Source: Candidatus Methylomirabilota bacterium (GTDB lineage Bacteria; Desulfobacterota; Binatia; Bin18). From it: DNA of 64,000 nt. A program made the position numbers and the translations under genes. The stretch's first letter is position 1. Every line of letters starts with the position of its first letter. Where the stretch lies: the NCBI GenBank assembly GCA_035575235.1, contig DATLYA010000005.1, positions 369 to 64,368 of the forward strand. The letters run 5' to 3'. This document shows positions 57,177-64,000 of this stretch, in pieces. The notes beneath the pieces are model-generated. The model had not been told where the DNA came from and did no database searches. It saw nothing but the letters and a program-made list of their open reading frames with translations.

Positions 57177-57983
57177 ATGGAGCTGCATCGCTGGCGGACT
57201 CAACTCATCGCGTTGTTCTTTAGCCGGTTTCCGACATTAACCGCGCGCTGGGTGAAAAAACAACAACTCGATGAGTATGGACCTCCCCCCTGGAGCCCAG
57301 TAACGAAACCGGTGACGCAATGTCGAGTGGCTTTGGTCACCACCGCCGGTGTGCATCGCAAAGAGGACACCCCGTTCAATATGGAGGATAGACAGGGAGA
57401 TCCTACGTATCGCGTCATCCCGCGAGATATCCCCCGCGAAGATTTATGCATCACGCATGATTACTATGATCATCGTGATGCTGACAAAGACTTGAACATC
57501 GTCCTCCCGTTAGATCGTCTACAGGAGCTCGTGCAAGAGCGCATCGTCGGTGAAGTGGCGCCGTTTCACTATAGTTTTATGGGTCATATCGACGGACCGC
57601 ATGTGTCGCGCCTGCTGGCCGACACCGCGCCATCCGTGGCCCGGCGCCTCAAGCGCGAACAGGTTGATGCGGTTGTGTTGACCCCTGCATGAGGGCTGTG
57701 TAACCGGTCCGTTGGACTGGTCGCACGGACAATCGAGCAGCATGGCGTTCCCACGGTAGCGCTTAGTATTCAACGGGAATTGACGGAAAAGACCCGTCCA
57801 CCGCGCGCGCTCTTTGTGCGCTGGCCGTATGGGCATCCGTTAGGAGAACCTTTCAATGTGGCGCAACAGCGCTGGGTGTTGCGCGACGCCTTAAAAGCGC
57901 TGGAAGAGATTCACACACCCGGCGTCATCATCGACCTGCCCTATCTCTGGCGTCGTCCGGGGCCGTGGGCTACAAAAAAATGA
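57177..57983 (+). CDS. GrdB/PrdB-family selenoprotein paralogue, U-G-L-C (UGA 57690-57692)
   Basis: Track ORFs 57123..57692 and 57780..57983 share a frame. ...RVALVTTAG...LPLDRLQELVQERIVGEVAPFHYSFMG...VDAVVLTPA[U]GLCNRSVGLVARTIEQHGVPTVAL. Start ATG 57177 after CGGAGGA. Confidence 0.8.
57704..57720 (+). promoter_or_regulatory. Candidate SECIS hairpin for UGA 57690-57692
   Basis: CCGGUCC-GUU-GGACUGG, 11 nt after the UGA. Identical to the element at 19216-19232. Confidence 0.55.
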
Positions 57984-58164
57984 AGAAGGGAGGTACTCAA
58001 CGACACCGGAGAGCGAGGGGATTAGAGCATTTCCCGGCTGAGACCAGCATTGACAATCACACCAGGCTGTCCCCATCCTGCCTTTCTTGTCAATCTCGCC
58101 CTCGGGTTCGTCATCTCTGCCTGTCTATTGCTGCACTCACTTAACGCCAGAAAAAGTCTACAGG

Positions 58165-58380
58165 TCAGACATTCCGAGTACGCCGGCGCTCAAAGGTTTC
58201 CGCCAGACGCATGAGGGCAATACCGGGCAACACCAGGAGTCCACCATTCAACAGGAGGCCTCGCAGGGTAAAATCATTCGAGGCGAAGGCCCAGGGCAGC
58301 CCGATCATGTTACTCATCCCGGCGAAACCGAGCACAAACCCGACAGTACGGAGAAACCCAGGTCGTTGTAGGAAGTGCAT
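58165..58380 (-). CDS. Small two-TM membrane protein
   Basis: AAGGAGAC RBS. MHFLQRPGFLRTVGFVLGFAGMSNMIGLPWAF...GGLLVLPGIALMRLAE. Confidence 0.5.
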   Translation of the reverse strand: MHFLQRPGFLRTVGFVLGFAGMSNMIGLPWAFASNDFTLRGLLLNGGLLVLPGIALMRLAETFERRRTRNV

Positions 58381-58583
58381 ACCGTCTCCTTTGGCACAAT
58401 CAGCTTGCGCTCAGTGTTGAATGGTTTAGCGTCCTGCCTTTTAGAGAACCACTGACCCAGCGCAAAAGTTCCCTTGCGCCCGTCGTGCGCTGGAGTCGCC
58501 ATGCCGGGAACTTTTACGCTGTTCCCCTGGTTTACTGCTGCATGGAGCTGTGTTGGAGCGACGGTCGTGGTATTAGTGTGTCC

Positions 58584-59216
58584 ATGGCTGCACGGGACGC
58601 CGAGGAACAGAAACACGCGTTGTTTGCCCAGTGGGCGCTGCCTCATAAAGATTACCTCTATATAGCCTGTCTCTACCTGACCCGGCAGCGGGACGACGCG
58701 GAGGACTTGTTTCAAGAAACCTACCTGCACGCCTTTCGCTTTTTTCATCAGTTCACCCCGGGAACCAATTGCCGTGCATGGTTACTGACGATCATGCACA
58801 ATGTGTTCAAGAATCGCTATCGACACTACCAGCGCACCAATCAGACCTTGGAGTTCGATCTGGCGGCCCATGAGTACGAGAAAAAACGGCTGGCGGATGG
58901 CGAGGCAGGCCGGGACGATCCAGCTGACCTCCTGTTCTCACAACTTGTTGACAATGAAATCACCGACGCGCTGCAGACCTTACCGGAGGAATATCGCTCC
59001 ACGCTCGTGCTGGTCGACATCGAAGAGTTAACGTATGAAGAGGCGGCCGCAATCTTGGGTTGTCCGATCGGCACCGTACGCTCGCGGCTGTCACGCGCAC
59101 GGCGGTTACTCCGCACCGCCTTGACCGCCTATGCTCGAGGCCGCGGGTATGTGCGAGAAAAGAAGCCACGCAGTGAATCTACTGAGGCGTTACCGAAAAC
59201 AGAGAGCAAATTATGA
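58584..59216 (+). CDS. ECF RNA polymerase sigma factor
   Basis: DAEDLFQETYLHAFRFFHQF..GTNCRAWLLTIMHNVFKNRYR; region 4 YRSTLVLVDIEELTYEEAAAILGCPIGTVRSRLSRARR. Start is uncertain (58485 to 58584). Confidence 0.85.
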   Translation: MAARDAEEQKHALFAQWALPHKDYLYIACLYLTRQRDDAEDLFQETYLHAFRFFHQFTPGTNCRAWLLTIMHNVFKNRYRHYQRTNQTLEFDLAAHEYEKKRLADGEAGRDDPADLLFSQLVDNEITDALQTLPEEYRSTLVLVDIEELTYEEAAAILGCPIGTVRSRLSRARRLLRTALTAYARGRGYVREKKPRSESTEALPKTESKL

Positions 59217-60019
59217 ACTGTGACCTGTATGAGGATCTGGTTGCCGCGCACGTTGATGATGCGCTGACGGAAGCGGAGGCGGTGGCAGTGCAGGCGCATC
59301 TTTACGCTTGTGACCGCTGCCGCCGTGTATTTGAGGAAGAGGCGCGGTTTCACGCCGCTTTCTCCGCGCGTGAGCTCGTTGTTCCTGTCCCCATTGATGT
59401 GGAGCGACGCCTGCGCCAGAGTTTGGCGGACGAAAGCGAGGCGGGTCGTTCGTTCTGGGCGCGTCTGGGCGCGGGGTTCGGCTCTCTGCCTATGATCCCC
59501 CGTGTGGCGTTCGGACTCGCCGCGGCGGGGATTTTCCTCGTCCTGCTGCTTCCCCACCTGTTCCGCTCGACTCCAACCAGGGATGTCTTTGCCCAGGCCG
59601 TGTACTACTATCAAACCATGAGCGCCGGCGCCTTCCCGATTGAGTACGCCACGGAGGACCCCCAGGGTTTACAGTCCCAGTTGAATACCTCTGGTCGTCT
59701 CGATTTTGCTACTCAAGTCTCCGACCTCCGGCCGGCAGGGTACCGCCTCCGCGGTGGAAGGGTGATAGAAACGGAGGGTCGTCTCCTGGCCGTGGCGCTC
59801 TACGAAGAAGAGGGGGAGGAGCCGATCGTGTGTCTGCGCCAACGCGGATCACTTCCCCCTCTACCCCAGGGTGCGGTAGGAGGAAAGAATCACTACTGGT
59901 ATACGGCGGGTGGGTATACCGCCCTGTTTACGCAATTCCCCGATCATTTTTGCATTATGATCTCGCGCCAACCTCCCGAGATCTTTCTCCAACGCCTGGC
60001 CAGGGCGGCGGAGCCTTGA
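59213..60019 (+). CDS. Membrane-anchored zf-HC2 anti-sigma factor
   Basis: ATGA-coupled. MNCDLYEDLVAAHVDDALTEAEAVAVQAHLYACDRCRRV, one TM span (VAFGLAAAGIFLVLLLPHLF), periplasmic domain. Confidence 0.8.
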   Translation: MNCDLYEDLVAAHVDDALTEAEAVAVQAHLYACDRCRRVFEEEARFHAAFSARELVVPVPIDVERRLRQSLADESEAGRSFWARLGAGFGSLPMIPRVAFGLAAAGIFLVLLLPHLFRSTPTRDVFAQAVYYYQTMSAGAFPIEYATEDPQGLQSQLNTSGRLDFATQVSDLRPAGYRLRGGRVIETEGRLLAVALYEEEGEEPIVCLRQRGSLPPLPQGAVGGKNHYWYTAGGYTALFTQFPDHFCIMISRQPPEIFLQRLARAAEP

Positions 60020-60051
60020 CTTCTGCCGCCGTACCAACCGGCGGCCCCTCT

Positions 60052-60462
60052 TCATGACCGTGAACCGACCACCCAGCGGGTGTCACACTCTCGAAGAATA
60101 TAGAGCGCATAACACGCCGCCAGGGCGGGCCACGCGGCGAAAAAAAGCAGATTCGGCCCATCGAAGGGGTGAAGATATTGGCGAAAGGCTGAAACTGTAG
60201 AGATCCCGTGCAGGATCAACACGGCGCCGTAGGTCAGTGATTTCTGTACGCCGAGCACAAAGCCAACGATAATCACTAATTCGATGAGGCCGACGAGATA
60301 CATCGCGGCGGCTCCCAGGCCACCGAGGAAATAGAAATTGGCGTACACCCGAGCCGCATGCTCAGGGTTAAGGAATTTATCGATTGTCCACATGAACAGC
60401 AAGAGAAACACGCTCAGCCGCAAGCAGGCGAGCGCGAGCGGCAAACGCTCTTCCAGTCGCAT
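60052..60462 (-). CDS. DoxX-family membrane protein
   Basis: Four TM spans, ...LRLSVFLLLFMWTIDKFLNPEHAA...LIELVIIVGFVLG... Start taken at MRLEERL. Confidence 0.75.
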   Translation of the reverse strand: MRLEERLPLALACLRLSVFLLLFMWTIDKFLNPEHAARVYANFYFLGGLGAAAMYLVGLIELVIIVGFVLGVQKSLTYGAVLILHGISTVSAFRQYLHPFDGPNLLFFAAWPALAACYALYILRECDTRWVVGSRS

Positions 60463-60484
60463 AGTGTTCTCCTCCCAGGTCTCG

Positions 60485-60946
60485 TTATTGCGGCGGCGCC
60501 GGCAGGGGTGAGACATGATACAGCACTAACCGCCACTGTCCATCCGATTTCACATACGTCCGTGTAAAGCGCACCGTGCTTGTCGTCGGGGGTTTATCTT
60601 TTGGTTTCGTCGTGACCGTGTACTCGCCCCACACTATGCCGGTGTTGTCGACGACGCGGAATTGTGGATGCTGCGGTGTAACCGTAACGCTCTCAGTCGC
60701 GGCAAAGGCGGTTTGATAGGCGTGCCGCCGGGCGGCTTTGCCGTCGACTGGCGTTGGCGACGTTGGATTGAGCGCCACAACGTGTTCATGTTGATTGCTC
60801 ATGAGCGTCTCCAGGTCACGTGCATTAAAAGCCGCGATTTCGCGTTCGAACGAAGCGCGCAGACGATCAACTTCATCACCGTGGACGGATGACCGGCCCG
60901 TCGCCATAAACAACAGAACCAGCAGGAAGACCCTGGGACGTCGCAT
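60485..60946 (-). CDS. NTF2-like (SnoaL/DUF4440) exported protein
   Basis: AAGGAG RBS, signal peptide MRRPRVFLLVLLFMATG. ...AFNARDLETLMSNQHEHVV...VRFTRTYVKSDGQWRLVLYH. Confidence 0.75.
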   Translation of the reverse strand: MRRPRVFLLVLLFMATGRSSVHGDEVDRLRASFEREIAAFNARDLETLMSNQHEHVVALNPTSPTPVDGKAARRHAYQTAFAATESVTVTPQHPQFRVVDNTGIVWGEYTVTTKPKDKPPTTSTVRFTRTYVKSDGQWRLVLYHVSPLPAPPQ

Positions 60947-61224
60947 ATAGGAATGTCTCCTTTCCTTCTCCCACACAATGCGGTGTCGTGTACTGATTGC
61001 ACAACATTCTTCTTGCAGCGAGAGTTCCCATGGCTGCCGCAGGAACTTCGCTGCCGGCTTGGCGTGTGGCATGTCGGGCAACGATCTTTTTGTTGAAATT
61101 GTACCCCTTACCCGTTGCAACTAGAAATTGAGCGCGTTATCGACGCCACCCCAGTTAGCGTTGATGTCTATGAAGCCGGAGAATTTGCGTTGTACCGGAA
61201 TGCAAAAAGAGACGGACTTGCCAC

Positions 61225-61626
61225 ATGAAAACAGAGGCCTCTGACCTCTGGGCTCGGGCGTTACAAGCGTTGCGCACTGCCCAATTCATTTTGCCTTCAG
61301 ACCCAGACGCTTCTGCCTCACGGGCCTACTACGCGGCTTTCTACGCAGTGTCCGCTTTATTCGCACTGGAAAGAAAATCATTCTCCAAACATGCTGCGGT
61401 GAGATCAGCTGTTCATCGAGATTTGGTTAAAGCTGGCTCCTGGCCTAAAGAGCGAGGAGAGGACTATTCACTCCTCTTCAAGCTTCGTGACACTGGCGAC
61501 TACGGTGGAGGTGCTCATGTATCCGATGAAGATGCTGCCGAAGCGCTGGAGGCTGCCCGCCGCATACCTCAAGCCGTGTACAACGCTAGCCCACAGGACT
61601 CTCCGAAGCCGGACGATACCCCTTAG
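61225..61626 (+). CDS. HEPN-domain protein (MNT-HEPN-type toxin-like)
   Basis: ...ASASRAYYAAFYAVSALFALE...AVHRDLV...FKLRDTGDYG (R-x4-6-H-like region). About 85 nt upstream encodes only a C-terminal scrap of a nucleotidyltransferase-like partner. Confidence 0.75.
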   Translation: MKTEASDLWARALQALRTAQFILPSDPDASASRAYYAAFYAVSALFALERKSFSKHAAVRSAVHRDLVKAGSWPKERGEDYSLLFKLRDTGDYGGGAHVSDEDAAEALEAARRIPQAVYNASPQDSPKPDDTP

Positions 61627-62287
61627 GGTTCGCCGCCAGCATGGGCTGCCGAAATTTCCGCAGTTGGAGGAACGGCTCTGTGAGCAGGAGCGGGACGGCC
61701 CAGGAGAGCCATACCGTCGCCTTTTCCACATCGCTGAAGTCGCTGACGCCCAGATAAACCGCCACTTCTTCAAACAAGCGTCCGAAGACAAACGCGAGGG
61801 TCACGACATAACTGCGGATCATCCATTCCCGATGCTGATCGATGAGTCGGCGGCGAATCGCCCAATAAGCCATTCCTGTCGTGATCGTCCACGCAACCGC
61901 CAAGCCAAAGAGGCCAGAGGCATACACCCATCCATAGTCCCGCGTCGTGAGCGCCAGATAATACCCACCGAGACAGCCCACCGTCACCCCTAACAAGTAC
62001 GCCGCGCCCAACGTCCGGTGCCACGCAAGCGCCCAACGGGTCTCGCCCAGCCACAGTTGCACGGGGCCGGTCACAATCGCCACGGAACTACCTGCTATGT
62101 GTATGAGCAAGCCGTACCGTCGCGGCCAAAACGTGTCACCATAGACTTGCGGGTCCCACGACACATACCGCGCCGCGTAGACGAGTAGAAACCGGATCAC
62201 CAGCGGCACGGCGATAATTAGCAACAAAAAAAACATCCAGGACATCCCCAGTATCGCTTGCTGTTTCACCGGAACGGTGTGGTTCAT
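61586..62287 (-). CDS. DUF2306-like integral membrane protein
   Basis: Six TM spans, ...YGLLIHIAGSSVAIVTGPVQLW...HRTLGAAYLLGV... Start at MNHTVPV. Confidence 0.7.
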   Translation of the reverse strand: MNHTVPVKQQAILGMSWMFFLLLIIAVPLVIRFLLVYAARYVSWDPQVYGDTFWPRRYGLLIHIAGSSVAIVTGPVQLWLGETRWALAWHRTLGAAYLLGVTVGCLGGYYLALTTRDYGWVYASGLFGLAVAWTITTGMAYWAIRRRLIDQHREWMIRSYVVTLAFVFGRLFEEVAVYLGVSDFSDVEKATVWLSWAVPLLLTEPFLQLRKFRQPMLAANPKGYRPASESPVG

Positions 62288-62305
62288 GATGCCTCCTTTC
62301 GATGC

Positions 62306-62397
62306 TGTCATTCTGAGCCGCAGGCGAAGAATCTCATGAAAAGACGAAACCCTTCGCGGAGTTTCTCCTGAGCGTAGCCGAAGGGCTCAAGGTGACA
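62306..62397. repeat. Palindromic intergenic repeat (same family as 1531-1590)
   Basis: TGTCATTCTGAGCCGCAGGCGAAGAATCTC ... CTCCTGAGCGTAGCCGAAGGGCTCAAGGTGACA. Confidence 0.6.
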
Positions 62398-62460
62398 TTA
62401 CTGTCACGGAAATGACTGAATGAATTGCAACCCGGTATCGGGAATCACCCTGGGAGACCA

Positions 62461-62886
62461 TTACATCGTGTCATCCTTCTCCTGGATCTCTACCCCAGGC
62501 GGATATACCATCCAGTGCTGGGCCGACCGCGTCCACATGTGCACGGGCAGCGCGAACCAGTTCGGATCATCAAAGGTTCCTCCAGCAACTGCACGCATCC
62601 CCGGCACGGCTTCTGCTGTCCAGGTCACCCTCGTCCCGCAGGTCGGACAAAATTCTGTCTTGACCCATCGGTGACTTTCATCGGAGCGGTACTCATACGT
62701 CTTGAGGGCGCCCCGCGTGATTGCGATGTTCGCATCGTCAAAATACACCGAGATGCCAAAGGCGCTGCCGGTGCGTCGCTGACATGAGGTACAATGACAC
62801 ACCCCAGTCAGGGCAGGATTCGGAGCCCCGACGACACGATACCGCACCGCGCCACAATGACACCCACCTGCATGGATTTCCGCCAT
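62461..62886 (-). CDS. GFA-family (glutathione-dependent formaldehyde-activating/CENP-V-like) zinc protein
   Basis: GGCHCGAVRY...GVCHCTSCQRRTGSAF...FCPTCGT. Confidence 0.85.
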   Translation of the reverse strand: MAEIHAGGCHCGAVRYRVVGAPNPALTGVCHCTSCQRRTGSAFGISVYFDDANIAITRGALKTYEYRSDESHRWVKTEFCPTCGTRVTWTAEAVPGMRAVAGGTFDDPNWFALPVHMWTRSAQHWMVYPPGVEIQEKDDTM

Positions 62887-63005
62887 TTCGACCCCCTATT
62901 TCTTTGCTCCTTGCGTATCTTGTGAGACAGTGAGGTTAACACAGCATCAGCAAGAACGTATGTGAGATTGGTGAAAATTTGGTGTGAGTGTGGTAAAAGT
63001 TGGCT

Positions 63006-64000
63006 GTGAAAACACAGACGTGCTTCGTCTTTCCCCCCTTCCGGCTCGACGTGAGCAACGAGCAACTATGGCGCCATGCGCTAGCGATTGCGCTCCGTCC
63101 CAAGACGTTCGCGGTGCTACGCTACCTGGTCGAGCATCGCGGCGTGTTAGTGACCAAGGATGCCGTGCTTGACGCCGTCTGGTCTGGGATAGTGGTGTCT
63201 GACGCCGCCCTTAAGACGTGTATCCGTGAACTGCGTCACGCCCTGGGGGATAATGAGAAGGCTCCACGGTTTATCGAAACCGTGCACGGGCGGGGCTACC
63301 GTTTCCTCCCCACCATCACCACCCAGCCAGTTCCAGGTGCAAAGTTGAAGGTTCAAAGTGCCCAATCCCTACCACCGAGCACCCAACATCCAGCACCGAT
63401 TTTAGTAGGGCGTGAATCCGAACTCACACAACTCCACCGCTGGTTCGGTAAAACTTTGAACGGTGAACACCAGATAGTCTTCGTCACCGGTGAGCCGGGA
63501 ATTGGGAAAACAACCGTGGTGGAAACGTTCCTCTCTCAGATTGCTCCATCAGGAAAAATCTGGATTGGCCGCGGCCAGTGCGTCGAACAGTACGGAGCTG
63601 GGGAAGCGTATATGCCGATCCTGGAGGCGTTGGGACGTTTGTGCCGTGAACCGGAAGGAGGGCGTCTTCTTGCCTTACTCCACCGCTATGCACCGACATG
63701 GCTGGTGCAGATGCCGGCGGTACTGGACCCCATGGAGATGGAAACGCTCCAACGAAGGACTCAACACGCCACACGAGAACGCATGCTGCGAGAGCTAGCC
63801 GAGGCGGTTGTCGCCCTAACGGCTGAACAGCCTCTCGTGTTGCGACTCGAAGACTTACACTGGAGCGATAGTTCAACTCTCGAATTGTTATCAGTCTTAG
63901 CTCGCTGGCAAGAACCGGCTCGGCTCTTCGTGCTTGGCACCTATCGACCGGTGGAAATGCTCCAGAATGGCAATCCCCTTCGTGCAGTCACCCAAGAGCT
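63006..64000 (+). CDS. Large regulator: OmpR/PhoB-type winged-helix DNA-binding domain fused to AAA/NTPase domain (partial; runs off the window)
   Basis: Absent from the ORF track because it has no stop. FRLDVSNEQLWRHALAIALRPKTFAVLRYLVEHRGVLVTKDAVLDAVW...ETVHGRGYRF, then P-loop VTGEPGIGKTT and Walker B LVLRLEDLHWSD. Open to nt 64000. Confidence 0.8.
   Translation, partial: MKTQTCFVFPPFRLDVSNEQLWRHALAIALRPKTFAVLRYLVEHRGVLVTKDAVLDAVWSGIVVSDAALKTCIRELRHALGDNEKAPRFIETVHGRGYRFLPTITTQPVPGAKLKVQSAQSLPPSTQHPAPILVGRESELTQLHRWFGKTLNGEHQIVFVTGEPGIGKTTVVETFLSQIAPSGKIWIGRGQCVEQYGAGEAYMPILEALGRLCREPEGGRLLALLHRYAPTWLVQMPAVLDPMEMETLQRRTQHATRERMLRELAEAVVALTAEQPLVLRLEDLHWSDSSTLELLSVLARWQEPARLFVLGTYRPVEMLQNGNPLRAVTQE

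Overview
High-GC (roughly 58-60% by eye) chromosomal segment from a Gram-negative environmental bacterium. It carries TolC-like and porin genes, pstSCAB, a sigma-54 activator and ECF sigma/anti-sigma pairs. The taxon cannot be assigned from this window. I found no rRNA, tRNA, CRISPR array, transposase or integrase. The main signal is selenocysteine recoding. Ten genes carry 12 in-frame UGA codons, and each UGA falls on a catalytic or metal-ligand Cys position. Each UGA is followed 9-19 nt later by a small hairpin, a candidate bacterial SECIS. The ten genes are a glutaredoxin-like protein (UAPC), a MerT-like membrane protein (UU in place of CC), a MerP-like periplasmic HMA protein (GMV-U-QF-U), two AhpD/CMD-like proteins (C-x-Y-U), an iodothyronine-deiodinase-like protein (FGAIT-U-PPF), two GrdB-family proteins (U-x-x-C) and two DUF3179 proteins (TY-U-PLT). 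Cys-containing paralogues of MerT, MerP, AhpD/CMD and DUF3179 lie in the same window and serve as internal alignment controls. The most striking unit is a mer-like operon at 782-4288: MerR-type dyad promoter, MerR regulator, small Cys protein, MerT(UU), MerP(UxxU), permease, outer-membrane barrel. A second unit at 15896-19768 is an apparent operon of a GrdB-like Sec protein, a deiodinase-like Sec protein, a haloalkane dehalogenase and an alpha/beta hydrolase. The rest of the window is arsenic and thiol-stress oriented. It holds an ECF sigma with an RsrA-like ZAS anti-sigma rich in vicinal Cys, ACR3, a desulforedoxin-like gene, two ArsC copies, arsM-arsS and pstSCAB. It also holds a canonical Cys mer cluster, MazEF, an orphan HEPN gene and many conserved hypotheticals. 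The region shows decay or assembly noise: a selD 3' remnant, several truncated genes, four or five frameshifts at short homopolymers, and two adjacent outer-membrane genes each interrupted by an in-frame TAG. All family assignments come from motif recognition by eye; no database search was run.
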